Origin: Bacteroidales bacterium
GTDB lineage: Bacteria > Bacteroidota > Bacteroidia > Bacteroidales > WCHB1-69
Assembly: GCA_016290295.1 (NCBI GenBank)
Contig: JAEETJ010000001.1
Coordinates: forward strand, 18,503 to 82,502
Direction of reading: 5' to 3'
Length of the DNA: 64,000 bases
Positions 36,396 through 46,788 of this stretch are shown here, piece by piece. The stretch's first letter is position 1, and every line of letters begins with the position of its first letter. The notes under the pieces were generated by a model. The model did not search any database. It had not been told where the DNA came from and saw only the letters and a program-made list of their open reading frames with translations. The translations under genes and the position numbers were made by a program.

Positions 36396-36914
36396 TTAGC
36401 CGTTGAATACAGTGTCGAGCTGTACGCCACGAACCTTAGCGATAGTATAAGGATCGCGGAGTTGTGCGAGGGCGTTGATGGTAGCCTTCACCACACTGTG
36501 GGGGTTGGAAGAGCCTTTGGATTTAGCCAACACGTTCTTCACACCAACACTTTCGAGGACGGCACGCATAGCACCACCAGCGATAACACCGGTACCAGGA
36601 GCAGCGGGTTTCATGAATACGAGAGAACCGCTGTACTTGCCTTCCTGAGCGTGAGGAATAGTACCCTTCAATACGGGAACCTGAATCAGGTTTTTCTTAG
36701 CATCGTCGATACCCTTGGCGATAGCGGCGGAAACTTCCTTTGCTTTGCCGAGGCCGTAGCCAACGATACCATTTTCATTACCAACGACGACGATAGCGGA
36801 GAAGCTGAATGTACGACCACCCTTGGTAACCTTAGTAACTCTGTTTACTGCAACCAATCTGTCTTTGAATTCGATATCGGTTGATTTTACTCTTTTGATA
36901 TTAGCGTTTGACAT
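36396..36914 (-). CDS. rpsE: 30S ribosomal protein S5
   Basis: [23 protein letters not shown] motif and operon order. Confidence 0.98.
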   Translation of the reverse strand: MSNANIKRVKSTDIEFKDRLVAVNRVTKVTKGGRTFSFSAIVVVGNENGIVGYGLGKAKEVSAAIAKGIDDAKKNLIQVPVLKGTIPHAQEGKYSGSLVFMKPAAPGTGVIAGGAMRAVLESVGVKNVLAKSKGSSNPHSVVKATINALAQLRDPYTIAKVRGVQLDTVFNG

Positions 36915-36927
36915 ATTCCTCCTCGTA

Positions 36928-37287
36928 TTAGAAAATTAAACCACCTTCTCTGGCAGCGTCGGCCAAAGATTTAATTCTACCATGATACAGATAGCCGTTA
37001 CGGTCGAAAACGACAGCGGTAATACCTGCGTTCTTAGCGCGTTCGGCGATCAATTTGCCCACCATTGCAGACTTTTCGGTTTTGGTAACCTTCTGGGCTT
37101 TGATGTCAGGAACGACAGATGAGGCAGATGCCAGGGTAACACCAGCTCTATCATCAATAATCTGTACATAGATGTCCTTGTTGCTTCTGAAAACGGACAT
37201 TCTAGGACGTTCAGGAGTACCGTTGACGATTCTACGTACACGGTTTTTAATCCTGTTTCTTCTGAATTCTTTCTTATTATAAGCCAT
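36928..37287 (-). CDS. rplR: 50S ribosomal protein L18
   Basis: [34 protein letters not shown]. Confidence 0.98.
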   Translation of the reverse strand: MAYNKKEFRRNRIKNRVRRIVNGTPERPRMSVFRSNKDIYVQIIDDRAGVTLASASSVVPDIKAQKVTKTEKSAMVGKLIAERAKNAGITAVVFDRNGYLYHGRIKSLADAAREGGLIF

Positions 37288-37305
37288 CTTCTTAAATTTT
37301 CAATA

Positions 37306-37866
37306 TTATTTTTCTGCTGATTTACCGGCTTTCTTTCTAACAACTTCGCCCACGAAGCGGATACCTTTGCCTTTGTAAGGTTCGGGTTTTCTGTAGGAGC
37401 GGATCTTGTTAGCAACCTGGCCTAACAATTGTCTGTCGATACCCTTGAGGATAATGATGGGGTTTTTACCTTTCTCATTCACAGTTTCCACTTTGATTTC
37501 ATCGGGGAAATCGAAAAGGATGTTGTGTGAGTAACCCAAGCTCAAGTCCAGCTGATGAGGACCTTTAGCTTCAGCCTTGTAACCAACACCGACTACTTCC
37601 TGCTTGATTTCGAAACCTTTGGAGACACCTGTAACCATATTGTTCAGGAGAGCTCTGTAAAGTCCGTGGAGAGCTTTATGGCGTTTCTGGTCAGTAGGAC
37701 GCTGCAGTTTCAAGTGACCATCTTCCACTTCCATGGTAATATCGGGGTCAACATACTGGTGAAGTTCACCGAGGGGACCCTTTACAGTGACGACATTTGA
37801 TTTTTCGTCTCTTTTAATTTCAACTCCAGAGGGGATTGAAATGGCTAATTTACCTATTCTTGACAT
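37306..37866 (-). CDS. rplF: 50S ribosomal protein L6
   Basis: MSRIGK..RKPEPYKGKGIR. Confidence 0.98.
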   Translation of the reverse strand: MSRIGKLAISIPSGVEIKRDEKSNVVTVKGPLGELHQYVDPDITMEVEDGHLKLQRPTDQKRHKALHGLYRALLNNMVTGVSKGFEIKQEVVGVGYKAEAKGPHQLDLSLGYSHNILFDFPDEIKVETVNEKGKNPIIILKGIDRQLLGQVANKIRSYRKPEPYKGKGIRFVGEVVRKKAGKSAEK

Positions 37867-37881
37867 AACTGTTTCCTCCTA

Positions 37882-38280
37882 TTAGCTAATATAACATAAA
37901 ACTTCGCCACCGACTTTCTGGTTTCTGGCTTCCTTATCGGTCATCATGCCATGGGAAGTGGAAACGATAGCGATACCGAGGCCATTCATCACAGAGGGCA
38001 TTTCGTCAACGCCTACATATTTACGAAGACCGGGACGGCTTACGCGTTTCAGTTCGGTGATAGCCGACAACTTGGAAGTGGGATGATATTTAAGAGCGAT
38101 CTTAATCATGCCGGGGTGCACGTCATCGACAAATTTATAATTTAAGATATAACCTTTTTCAAACAAAATCTTTGTGATTTCACGTTTTGTCTTAGAGGTC
38201 GGGATTTCCACCACTTTATGATTAGCCCTGATGGCGTTTCTCATTCGGGTTAAATAATCTGAAATCGGATCGGTATTCAT
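37882..38280 (-). CDS. rpsH: 30S ribosomal protein S8
   Basis: [28 protein letters not shown]. Confidence 0.98.
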   Translation of the reverse strand: MNTDPISDYLTRMRNAIRANHKVVEIPTSKTKREITKILFEKGYILNYKFVDDVHPGMIKIALKYHPTSKLSAITELKRVSRPGLRKYVGVDEMPSVMNGLGIAIVSTSHGMMTDKEARNQKVGGEVLCYIS

Positions 38281-38305
38281 AGTGTCTTTCTCCTAATTTT
38301 AAATG

Positions 38306-38605
38306 TTACCAACTTGCTTTTTTTACGCCCGGGATGAGACCAGCTGAAGCCATTTCTCTGAAATTGATACGGGAAATGCCGAACTGACGCATATAACCTT
38401 TCGGACGACCGGTTAACTTACAACGGTTGTGTAATCTGATCGGGTTTGAGTTGGGGGGCAATTTCTGCAGAGCCACGATAGCAGCCTGCTTTGCCTCATA
38501 GTCATTACCATTAATGATCTTCTTTAACTCTTGACGTTTAGCAGCGTATTTAGCAATTAATTTTGCTCTTTTTACTTCTCTTGCTTTTAAAGATTCTTTT
38601 GCCAT
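38306..38605 (-). CDS. rpsN: 30S ribosomal protein S14 (zinc-independent form)
   Basis: [34 protein letters not shown]. Confidence 0.98.
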   Translation of the reverse strand: MAKESLKAREVKRAKLIAKYAAKRQELKKIINGNDYEAKQAAIVALQKLPPNSNPIRLHNRCKLTGRPKGYMRQFGISRINFREMASAGLIPGVKKASW

Positions 38606-38608
38606 ATC

Positions 38609-39163
38609 TTATTTCTGATTTTTAAATGGTAATCCAAACTCTTTCAACAGTGCGAGGCACTCTTTATCATTATGGGCTGTGGTAACGAAGGTGATATCCA
38701 TACCGTTAATTTTAGCCACTTTATCGATGTCGATTTCGGGGAAGATAATCTGTTCGGGGATACCGAGGGTGTAGTTACCTCTGCCGTCGAAACCCTTATC
38801 GCTGATACCGCGGAAGTCACGGATACGAGGGATAGAGACGGAGATCAGACGATCGAGGAATTCGTACATTCTGTCGCCACGAAGGGTCACTCTCACGCCG
38901 ATAGGCATACCTCTTCTCAATTTGAAGTTAGAGATATCCTTCTTTGACTTGGTAGCAACGGCCTTCTGACCGGCGATCATGGTCATTTCCTGAACACCTG
39001 CGTCGATTAACTTCTTGTCGGCGATACCGAATTTACCGAGACCCTGGTTCAGACAGATCTTGGTGATTTTCGGGATACGCATCACGGATTTGAATCCGAA
39101 CTGTTCTTTCAGTGCAGGAAGAACTTCCTTTGTATATTTTTCTTTATATCTTGGTGTGTACAT
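38609..39163 (-). CDS. rplE: 50S ribosomal protein L5
   Basis: [29 protein letters not shown]. Confidence 0.98.
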   Translation of the reverse strand: MYTPRYKEKYTKEVLPALKEQFGFKSVMRIPKITKICLNQGLGKFGIADKKLIDAGVQEMTMIAGQKAVATKSKKDISNFKLRRGMPIGVRVTLRGDRMYEFLDRLISVSIPRIRDFRGISDKGFDGRGNYTLGIPEQIIFPEIDIDKVAKINGMDITFVTTAHNDKECLALLKEFGLPFKNQK

Positions 39164-39477
39164 TACTTAATCTCCTCTCCTGACTTTTTTGAATATCTAA
39201 CTAATTTGCCGTTCTCATTTTTTCTTCTGCCGATGCGGGTAGCGTTGCCCTGTGCATCGATCACCATAAGGTTAGAAATGTGGATCGGAGCTTCTTTCTT
39301 AACGATACCACCGTTGGGGTTCTTGGCATTGGCCTTGGTGTGTTTTGACACCAGGTTCACGCCTTCCACCATAGCGCGGTATTTTTCGACATCCACCATC
39401 AGCACCTTGCCTTGTGAACCTTTAGAGTCACCGGCAATAACTTTAACGATGTCGCCTTTTTTGATGTGAATTTTCAT
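39163..39477 (-). CDS. rplX: 50S ribosomal protein L24
   Basis: [25 protein letters not shown]. Confidence 0.98.
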   Translation of the reverse strand: MKIHIKKGDIVKVIAGDSKGSQGKVLMVDVEKYRAMVEGVNLVSKHTKANAKNPNGGIVKKEAPIHISNLMVIDAQGNATRIGRRKNENGKLVRYSKKSGEEIK

Positions 39478-39552
39478 TGCTTTTAAATTTTTAATTGTTT
39501 TTCAATTGGTCTTTGTCAATTGTCCTATATATATAATTGTTGTGTGCAACAA

Positions 39553-39921
39553 TTAAAGTACTTCCGGAGCGAGGGAAACAATCTTCATATACTGTTTCTC
39601 ACGAAGTTCACGGGCAACAGGGCCGAAGATACGGGTACCACGGAGTTCATCACCGGGAGTCAGCAGAACGACTGCGTTGTCGTCGAAGCGGATGTAGGAA
39701 CCATCGTTTCTGCGGACATGTTTTTTGGTACGTACGACCACTGCCTTAGAGACAGAACCTTTTTTGATATTACCTGAAGGGATGGCGCTTTTCACGGTGA
39801 CGACAACTTTATCGCCAACGGTGGCATAGCGTTTTTTAGTACCACCCAGAACGCGGATACACAAAACTTCCTTTGCGCCGCTGTTATCGGCCACTGCCAT
39901 TCTTGTTTCTTGCTGTATCAT
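39553..39921 (-). CDS. rplN: 50S ribosomal protein L14
   Basis: MIQQET..ADNSGAK..RFDDNA..SLAPEVL. Confidence 0.98.
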   Translation of the reverse strand: MIQQETRMAVADNSGAKEVLCIRVLGGTKKRYATVGDKVVVTVKSAIPSGNIKKGSVSKAVVVRTKKHVRRNDGSYIRFDDNAVVLLTPGDELRGTRIFGPVARELREKQYMKIVSLAPEVL

Positions 39922-39923
39922 AA

Positions 39924-40181
39924 CTATTTAGCTCTTTCAATGATTTCTACTAATCTCCAGCGCTTGCTTTTGCTCAAGGGTCTGGTTTCCATAACTCTAA
40001 CTTTGTCACCGATGTTACAATCGTTTTTCTCGTCGTGAGCCATCAGTTTGGTAGTTCTTTTGAGGAACTTACCATACTTAGGGTGTTTCAGTCTTCTTTC
40101 GACGCTGACCACGATGGTCTTATCCATCTTATTGCTGGTGACAAGGCCTTCTCTGACTTTTCTTTTATTTCTTTCTTCCAT
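39924..40181 (-). CDS. rpsQ: 30S ribosomal protein S17
   Basis: [21 protein letters not shown]. Confidence 0.98.
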   Translation of the reverse strand: MEERNKRKVREGLVTSNKMDKTIVVSVERRLKHPKYGKFLKRTTKLMAHDEKNDCNIGDKVRVMETRPLSKSKRWRLVEIIERAK

Positions 40182-40191
40182 AGCGGGTTAA

Positions 40192-40395
40192 TTATTTCAC
40201 GTTTTCTTTCAGTTCGCGCATGCGCAATTCGGTCATCAGGCGAGCCACAGTTTTTCTCTGTTCTTTAATCTTCTGAGGATTTTCGATAGGAGAAACGGCG
40301 TGGTTCAGTTTCAACTTGACCAACTGTTGTTTTTCTTCCACTAATCTTTCTTTCACTTCAGGAGTGGAAAGTTCGCGTATTACTTGCTGTTTCAT
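40192..40395 (-). CDS. rpmC: 50S ribosomal protein L29
   Basis: Size, position and ENP..K..RKTVAR motif. Confidence 0.95.
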   Translation of the reverse strand: MKQQVIRELSTPEVKERLVEEKQQLVKLKLNHAVSPIENPQKIKEQRKTVARLMTELRMRELKENVK

Positions 40396-40400
40396 TGCTA

Positions 40401-40826
40401 TTAAATTTCTTCTGAATAATCTCTTCTAACTACGAATTTGGTTGCGATAGGCAGCTTCTGAGCGCCGAGGCGGAGAGCTTCCTTAGCCACTTCGAAGGGA
40501 ACGCCGTCGGCTTCGAACATGATTCTACCGGGGCTAACGCGGGCCACGAAGTATTCGGGGGTACCTTTACCTTTACCCATACGCACTTCAGCAGGCTTCT
40601 TGGTCACGGGCTTATCGGGGAAGATGGAGATCCACAGCTGGCCTTCACGTTTCATGTGACGGGTGATGGCCTGACGAGCTGCCTCAATCTGACGACCGGT
40701 GATCCAGCATTCCTCGAGGGCTTTCAGGGCGAAAGAACCGAAAGCGATTTCAGAACCGCGTTTGGTGATGCGTTTCATTCTGCCCTTTTGCGGTCTTCTG
40801 TATTTGGTCTTTTTTGGTTGTAACAT
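40401..40826 (-). CDS. rplP: 50S ribosomal protein L16
   Basis: [21 protein letters not shown]. Confidence 0.98.
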   Translation of the reverse strand: MLQPKKTKYRRPQKGRMKRITKRGSEIAFGSFALKALEECWITGRQIEAARQAITRHMKREGQLWISIFPDKPVTKKPAEVRMGKGKGTPEYFVARVSPGRIMFEADGVPFEVAKEALRLGAQKLPIATKFVVRRDYSEEI

Positions 40827-40876
40827 TGCTGTATAATTTTATTGTTTATATACTATTATTTGTGAAGTCAACGCTG

Positions 40877-41596
40877 TTAGCTTCTTTTTTCTTTACGGGG
40901 ACCACGGGGAGCACGTTTAGCTGGGCCCTTGGACTCTTTGGCCTCGTTGTTGGCAGCGAAGAGGTCTCTCTTGCCATAAACAACACCTCTGCAGATCCAA
41001 ACTTTGATACCGATACGACCGTAAGTTGTATGGGCTTCAGCGGGAGCGTAGTCGATGTCGGCTCTCAGGGTATGGAGAGGAGTTCTTCCTTCCTTGAAGT
41101 GTTCGGTTCTTGCCATTTCAGCGCCACCGAGACGGCCTGAGCAAGAAACCTTGATACCTTCCGCATTGGCACGCATGGTAGCGGCGATGGCGGTTTTAAC
41201 AGCTTTTCTGTAGGAGATACGGCCTTCGATTTGTTTGGCGATATTCTGAGCCACCAAAACAGCATCTAAATCGGGGCGTTTCACCTCTGAAATGTTGATT
41301 TGGATTTCCTTGTTGGTAATCTTCTTCAACTCTTCTTTCAGTTTGTCAACTTCTTGACCACCTTTACCGATAATCAAACCGGGACGGGCGGTGTTAATGG
41401 TAACCGTTACAAGCTTGAGTGTTCTTTCAATGTAAATTTTTGCGATTCCGGCTTTGAACAAACGTGCGTTCAAATATTTTCTAATTTTGTCGTCTTCGAC
41501 TAATTTATTGGCGAAATTTTTGCCGCCATACCAATTAGAATCCCAGCCTCTGATAATTCCTAATCTTAAACCTACCGGATTAACTTTCTGACCCAT
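40877..41596 (-). CDS. rpsC: 30S ribosomal protein S3
   Basis: [34 protein letters not shown]. Confidence 0.98.
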   Translation of the reverse strand: MGQKVNPVGLRLGIIRGWDSNWYGGKNFANKLVEDDKIRKYLNARLFKAGIAKIYIERTLKLVTVTINTARPGLIIGKGGQEVDKLKEELKKITNKEIQINISEVKRPDLDAVLVAQNIAKQIEGRISYRKAVKTAIAATMRANAEGIKVSCSGRLGGAEMARTEHFKEGRTPLHTLRADIDYAPAEAHTTYGRIGIKVWICRGVVYGKRDLFAANNEAKESKGPAKRAPRGPRKEKRS

Positions 41597-41613
41597 ACTT
41601 TTTGTAATTAATA

Positions 41614-42048
41614 TTATTCGTTAGTTTCATTATTATTGTCAACTGCAACTTCCTGAGCACGGCTATCGAGAATGATGGTCACGTGGTTGGAACGTTTTCT
41701 GATGCGGTGTGCGCGGCCTTGGGGAGCAGTTCTGATTCTCTTCAGCATTCTGCCTCCGTCAACCATGATGGTCTTCACATACAAATTAGCTTCTTCCAGT
41801 CTGGCACCTTCGTTCTTAACCTGCCAGTTGGCGATAGCTGATTTCAATAATTTCAATAATTTCTCTGCTGACTCTTTTCTGCTGAATTTCAACACGTTCA
41901 TCGCGTAATCAACATCTTTTCCTCTGATCACGTCAGCCATGATTCTGGTTTTGCGCGGGGAGGTCGGATTATCGACCAAACGAGCCATATAGACATTTTT
42001 CTTGGCTTCTTTGCGCGCATCTGCTGCTAATCTTTTTCTTGCTCCCAT
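41614..42048 (-). CDS. rplV: 50S ribosomal protein L22
   Basis: Bacteroidota-type MGARKR start (42048); [20 protein letters not shown]. Confidence 0.97.
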   Translation of the reverse strand: MGARKRLAADARKEAKKNVYMARLVDNPTSPRKTRIMADVIRGKDVDYAMNVLKFSRKESAEKLLKLLKSAIANWQVKNEGARLEEANLYVKTIMVDGGRMLKRIRTAPQGRAHRIRKRSNHVTIILDSRAQEVAVDNNNETNE

Positions 42049-42142
42049 TTTTTTTATTCTAATTATTATTTCTAAATATCTAATTTTCAATATGATAGAA
42101 CACTACGCTTTTTTCCTTTTCATTTTCTATCAAAATTGGCGG

Positions 42143-42150
42143 CAAAAATA
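42143..42150 (-). promoter_or_regulatory. -7 promoter element (TATTTTTG) upstream of rplV
   Basis: TAnnTTTG match in the AT-rich leader of the truncated ribosomal operon. Confidence 0.6.
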
Positions 42151-42432
42151 CTAAAAAAAATCATACAAAATCACCTTTATCAAAAAAAATTTTCAAAAAA
42201 GTAAAAATGCTGATGTTCAAGCCTGTTACAAAGCTTTTACAAGCGTGTATAAACAGGCTAATGTTAATTACTCTGAGAAAGGAGAAAAAAATAATTTCTT
42301 AAAGTCGGATGAAACAGCCCTGATTTTTGCAAAAAAGAAGCTCCTGAATAGAAATTCAAAGGGCAAGGGACTAATAATCTGCAATTTTCGGCGAAAATTT
42401 CCTCAAAGAGCGATGAACTCGAAGGAGAGGAT

Positions 42433-42467
42433 AAAAAAAAGAGACGCACCACAGCACGTCTCCTTTT
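42433..42467 (-). terminator. Terminator built on a REP-like palindrome
   Basis: Minus strand reads GAGACGTGC-TGTG-GTGCGTCTC-TTTTTTTT. A related palindrome lies at 60489-60510. Confidence 0.7.
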
Positions 42468-42499
42468 CTTTATTACTTTACAATAATATAATATGTCTC

Positions 42500-42967
42500 T
42501 TATCTTTTGGAGAGCGTGATAGAAACATCTGCTTTCTTAGTATCGGTCAAATTCCCTTCAATCTCATAAGAAACCAATTTTACAGTACCTGATACCATCA
42601 TTGTATTCTTATTCAGCAAGAGAATGTCAAGATCATATATAACCTTTTCATAATACTCATTACCTATTTGATGGAGCTTGTTGCTAGTGATAGTTATAGT
42701 TTCATTACCCTTAGTAGTGTATGTGCCTTCAAAAGTAACAATATTATAGAAAGTATTGTCAAAGTACTCGTCAAAATCACACTCAATAGTACAGGTTCCA
42801 TCTGTTCTGAATGTCCACATATCATCCAAATCATCCTCACTATCATTGTCGATGGTGGCTGAAATCGCTTTCCATGTGCCAGGAAGCTTAGACATGTCTT
42901 TCTTGCATGAAGACATAAATACAACTGTGCTTAATAATAACACAAAAATACCAATTGATTTTTTCAT
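42500..42967 (-). CDS. Lipoprotein, lipocalin-like beta-barrel
   Basis: Lipobox FMSS-C, LPGTWK and WTFRTDGT. Start at MKKSIG (42967). Confidence 0.75.
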   Translation of the reverse strand: MKKSIGIFVLLLSTVVFMSSCKKDMSKLPGTWKAISATIDNDSEDDLDDMWTFRTDGTCTIECDFDEYFDNTFYNIVTFEGTYTTKGNETITITSNKLHQIGNEYYEKVIYDLDILLLNKNTMMVSGTVKLVSYEIEGNLTDTKKADVSITLSKR

Positions 42968-43012
42968 AGAATTAATTTTTAAAATTTGAAGTTGCAAATA
43001 TACAACTTTTTT

Positions 43013-43813
43013 TTAATCGCGGACACAGCGTACCGCCATGGCATTTTGCTTTACCACCCCATATCCCGTATAGGTCAATGCACTATAATAATCCAACTCA
43101 AAATCAATAGCTAATTCCGGCCAAACTGCGGATTCACTACAACTCCAGAAATAAGCGTCCCGGCCAAAATTACTGTTCACATTTCCTCCTCCAAGACCTG
43201 CGGGATAGGCACAAAAATGGGTGGAGTTGTTGTTAGACTGATTATTTCCTACGGCACATTGTTTGCTACATTCCTGCCACCCCGATGTGGAGGCAAGAGA
43301 TTTCGCAATATTATTAAAATCGCCATTACATTGATGTTCACTTTGTGTACCTATGAAAGTCACCAACTGGCTCCATTCTGCCTTACTCGGCACATGCCAC
43401 CCTTGGGGGCAAACACCCTGAACTCTACTCGGATTAGACCCACTGCTGCTCTCTCCGTGCATTAAGGCAGGCCAATTGTATAAATAGCCATATTTTTCGA
43501 TATTAAAAGAATTGGCATTAGGTGCATAACGATAAGGCAATTCGTCAGAAACCTCATCGACACTGCCCATAGGGATTTCTTCTCCATTGGCAAAACGTGT
43601 GGTCTTCAGATTTTGAATCATCCATACTTTGTTGCCTATTAAAACAGCATCATAAAAGTGCCCGTCAATATCCGACACTGCATTATACATAATGTTATCT
43701 TGCTGAGGAGTTCCTCCAGATGGAGACTGAGGCATATTGCTAAAAGGTGTTTCTTTCTTACATGACAAGAAAAAAAGGATAGACACCATGATCATCAAAC
43801 ATATTTTTTTCAT
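43013..43813 (-). CDS. FISUMP-domain lipoprotein
   Basis: Lipobox FLS-C; DIDGHFY..IGNKVWMIQNLKT..YGYLYNW..GVCPQGWHVPS..AYFWS..AVRCVRD. Confidence 0.9.
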   Translation of the reverse strand: MKKICLMIMVSILFFLSCKKETPFSNMPQSPSGGTPQQDNIMYNAVSDIDGHFYDAVLIGNKVWMIQNLKTTRFANGEEIPMGSVDEVSDELPYRYAPNANSFNIEKYGYLYNWPALMHGESSSGSNPSRVQGVCPQGWHVPSKAEWSQLVTFIGTQSEHQCNGDFNNIAKSLASTSGWQECSKQCAVGNNQSNNNSTHFCAYPAGLGGGNVNSNFGRDAYFWSCSESAVWPELAIDFELDYYSALTYTGYGVVKQNAMAVRCVRD

Positions 43814-43976
43814 CGTAATAAATATTTACAATATGTCGTTGCAAATGTACATAAAAATCCATAGTCATTCACATCCGCTGAAAAAAAACATGCCACTATA
43901 TAGAGCCGCCATTATATAAAGTCTTCACATTTCAACAAAAATCACTATTTTTGCTGAATCTAAAAATACCCACATC

Positions 43977-45101
43977 ATGAACTACACCGAAACACGACAA
44001 CAATTTCATTCACTGGCAGAAGCGTCGGGACATGAGGATAAGACCGCAGAAGCCATCCTTCTCTTGCTAAAAGACTTTGCTCCCACCCAGATTCATACAT
44101 TTCCCGACAGTCACAATATCATCGCCGAATACGACTCGGAAGCAGAAGGTCCTACCCTGCTCCTCCGCGGCGACATGGACGCGGTGGGTGTGGACGAACA
44201 CCTTGCCCTTCCCTACGCCTCCCGCACTCCGGATTATGCCCACAAATGCGGCCATGACGGTCATACCACTATATTGTTAGGCGTGGCGGAACAACTGCAC
44301 TTGCACCCCATCAACAAGGGAAAAATACTACTGTTTTTCCAAGCAGCAGAAGAAACCGGCCAGGGCTGTGGGCAATTAATTCAAAGTGGCTTTCTGCAAT
44401 CCTATAATATAGATATGGTATTTGCGCTGCACAACATTCCTGGCATTCCCCTCCATAGCATCACCTGCCGGGCGGGCAGCTTCACCTGCGCTGTTATCAG
44501 CTGCGAAATCAAGCTGGACGGACAGACATCCCATGCGGCAGAACCGGAAAAAGGAATTTCTCCTTTCCGTGCCGCCACAAGCATTACTGAACAATTGTTG
44601 GCACTCAGCCACAGCGATTTGCATAAAGACAACTACCAGATTATCACGCTGGTGGAATCCCATATCGGGGAAACGGCCTACGGCGTATCCGCTGGCCATG
44701 GCGTACTGCGTTTCACCCTACGGGCCAAGAGTGAAGCCTTGTTGCAAGCCCTGAAAAACGATACCGAGTGCATAGTCCGCACGGAAGTTGCTAAAACGCC
44801 TGGCTTATCCTACGATATCCGCTGGTTGGAGTATTTCGCCGGTGGTCAAAACTCGGCAAAGGCTGTTGACATCGTACGGCAAGCAGCCTATGACAACGGA
44901 TTAAACTACATCGAAAAAGACGTGCCCTTCACCTGGGGTGAGGACTTTGGCCTACTCACCCAACATTACCCCGGTGCCCTCTTCGGCTTGGGCAGCGGCA
45001 CCGACACACCTCCACTCCACCACCAGGACTTCGACTTCCCCGATGAAATTATCGAAACGGGAGTGAAGATGATGGTATCAATTAGCAAATTAGTTAATTA
45101 G
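43977..45101 (+). CDS. M20D-family amidohydrolase
   Basis: LRGDMDA, HKCGHDGH, FQAAEE, ALHN, SHAA, GEDF and LHH motifs. Confidence 0.92.
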   Translation: MNYTETRQQFHSLAEASGHEDKTAEAILLLLKDFAPTQIHTFPDSHNIIAEYDSEAEGPTLLLRGDMDAVGVDEHLALPYASRTPDYAHKCGHDGHTTILLGVAEQLHLHPINKGKILLFFQAAEETGQGCGQLIQSGFLQSYNIDMVFALHNIPGIPLHSITCRAGSFTCAVISCEIKLDGQTSHAAEPEKGISPFRAATSITEQLLALSHSDLHKDNYQIITLVESHIGETAYGVSAGHGVLRFTLRAKSEALLQALKNDTECIVRTEVAKTPGLSYDIRWLEYFAGGQNSAKAVDIVRQAAYDNGLNYIEKDVPFTWGEDFGLLTQHYPGALFGLGSGTDTPPLHHQDFDFPDEIIETGVKMMVSISKLVN

Positions 45102-45107
45102 CAAATT
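45080..45107 (+). repeat. Octamer repeat AATTAGCA/AATTAGTT supplying the amidohydrolase C-terminus and stop
   Basis: ATT AGC AAA TTA GTT AAT TAG CAAATT. Confidence 0.75.
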
Positions 45108-45143
45108 TTCACTACCTTTGCACTTCGAAAAAAATATCAATTC

Positions 45144-46604
45144 ATGGCTAATATCAAACAACATATAGAACAGCAAAGCGCTTTCAAATTCATGACCGAC
45201 GAATTGCAATTCGCTTCGGCAGTAGGTCGCAAAAAACTGATGCACAGACAATTCCTAACCAATCCATTCGAACTGAGAATGGAATTGGATATTCAGGAGG
45301 CCGTGTGCCAGTTTGCGGAAAAACATCACAACACCGCGGTGATGGCACAGCTGATTGAACAGCTCTGCCATGTGAACGATATCAGCCAATCGGTGGTCAA
45401 CCTCATTGACGGCAATGTACTGGATGATATCCAGCTGTTCGAGGTCAAAAAATTCAGTCTGATTTCAGACAAAGTGTCAAAACTACTGATGGACAACGGT
45501 TTCGACTGGATTCCCTTCCATGATTTGACTTTGGTGATTGACACCTTAGACCCTGACAAAAACCGCCTGCCGCAATTCCATATCTATTCCTCCTACAAAC
45601 CTGAGCTGGCTGAAATCCGCCAAAAAATCGACCAAAGCACCGACGAGGAGGAAATTGAAAAATTGAAGTGGGAAGAGTCGCAAATGGAGGACAAAATCCG
45701 CACGGCACTAAGCAAAAGATTATCCATGAAAGCCTTGCAAATCCAGCAGAATCTGGACCAAATCGGCTATCTGGACCTGTTGCTGGCCCATGCCGAACAA
45801 ATTCGCAAATGGCAGCTGTGCAAACCCACTATCGTAGAGGATAAGAGCAAAACTACCGGATGTTGCTCGTGCTCTGCCGAAGAGAACAACAACACTCCAA
45901 GTGAAGCGAACAAATCCAGTAATATGGAGGGCAACAGCCGCTTTATCGGACTCTTCAATCCTCTGGTAAAGCATTCCACGGGCAATTTCCAGGCCATTGA
46001 TATTGAACTGAAGCATGAGCCCACGCTTATTACAGGTGCCAATATGTCTGGTAAAACCGTGCTGCTTAAGACCATCGGCTTAGCGCAAACAATGTGCCAA
46101 TTCGGCTTTTTCGTGCCCGCCGCCTCCGCTGAAATCGCTTTGGTTGACGACATTCTGTTCAGCATCGGTGACCAACAATCGGAAATGAATGGTTTATCTT
46201 CCTTTGCCGTAGAAATTCTCAATATCGATAAGATTATCAAAGCGGTGAAAGAAGAACAGCAGATTTTGGCATTAGTAGATGAATTGGCACGTACCACCAA
46301 TCCCGAAGAAGGCAAGGCACTGGTTTCCAGTTTTATCCAGATTATGCAGCAATACCATACCGATGCATTGATTACCACACATTATGGCGGTCTGCAGTCC
46401 GATTGCCGCAGGCTTCGTGTCAAAGGTCTAAAAATTAAAAACAACGAAAAGAATATTACCCCGGAGAACATCAACCGCTACATGGATTACCAACTGGTAG
46501 AGACCACGCAGGACGATGTGCCGATGGAAGCCATCAGCATTGCCGAGATTTTTGGCGTGGATGAAGAACTTATCCTGAAAGCAAAAAAGAAATTAGCAAA
46601 TTAG
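45144..46604 (+). CDS. MutS-domain-V ATPase resembling KamC (lysine 5,6-aminomutase reactivase ATPase)
   Basis: ITGANMSGKT, LSSFAVE, DELARTTNPEEG and ITTHY motifs. N-terminal LDDIQLFEVKKF..LDP..FHIYSSY resembles the KamC group as I recall it. No Smr or mismatch-binding domains. Confidence 0.7.
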   Translation: MANIKQHIEQQSAFKFMTDELQFASAVGRKKLMHRQFLTNPFELRMELDIQEAVCQFAEKHHNTAVMAQLIEQLCHVNDISQSVVNLIDGNVLDDIQLFEVKKFSLISDKVSKLLMDNGFDWIPFHDLTLVIDTLDPDKNRLPQFHIYSSYKPELAEIRQKIDQSTDEEEIEKLKWEESQMEDKIRTALSKRLSMKALQIQQNLDQIGYLDLLLAHAEQIRKWQLCKPTIVEDKSKTTGCCSCSAEENNNTPSEANKSSNMEGNSRFIGLFNPLVKHSTGNFQAIDIELKHEPTLITGANMSGKTVLLKTIGLAQTMCQFGFFVPAASAEIALVDDILFSIGDQQSEMNGLSSFAVEILNIDKIIKAVKEEQQILALVDELARTTNPEEGKALVSSFIQIMQQYHTDALITTHYGGLQSDCRRLRVKGLKIKNNEKNITPENINRYMDYQLVETTQDDVPMEAISIAEIFGVDEELILKAKKKLAN

Positions 46605-46686
46605 TTAATTAGCAAATTAGCAAATGGATTTAATGTGCTAATTGAATTAGTGAATTAGTAAATTAGCAAATTAGTTAATTAGCAAA
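46590..46686 (+). repeat. Octamer tandem repeats (AATTAGCA family)
   Basis: Begins inside the last codons of the MutS-like gene; about 11 units. Confidence 0.8.
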
Positions 46687-46695
46687 GGATTAAAA

Positions 46696-46773
46696 CTCCC
46701 CTCGAATGCGTAGCATGAGACTCCCCTGATGCGAAGCATCACTCCCCTTGAGCACGAAGTGCGAAACTCCCCT
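46696..46773. repeat. CTCCCC/mini-hairpin array, copy D
   Basis: CTCCCC-TCGAATGC[GTA]GCATGAGA-CTCCCC-TGATGC[GAA]GCATCA-CTCCCC-TTGAGCAC[GAA]GTGCGAAA-CTCCCC. Confidence 0.8.
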
Positions 46774-46788
46774 TACTATCTCTTACGT

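Noticed and set aside
38306-38605. Long, zinc-free S14 as a zinc-starvation paralogue
   Set aside because: It occupies the normal spc position, and a ~99-aa Cys-poor S14 is usual in Bacteroidales.
42245-42592. Small ORFs upstream of rplV as the missing rpsS or a leader peptide
   Set aside because: There is no S19 similarity, the sequence is AT-rich and low in complexity, and the ORF crosses a terminator.
6496-43813. A complete diversity-generating retroelement (DUF1566 and FISUMP targets)
   Set aside because: No reverse transcriptase, avd gene or template repeat differing at adenines was seen in the window.
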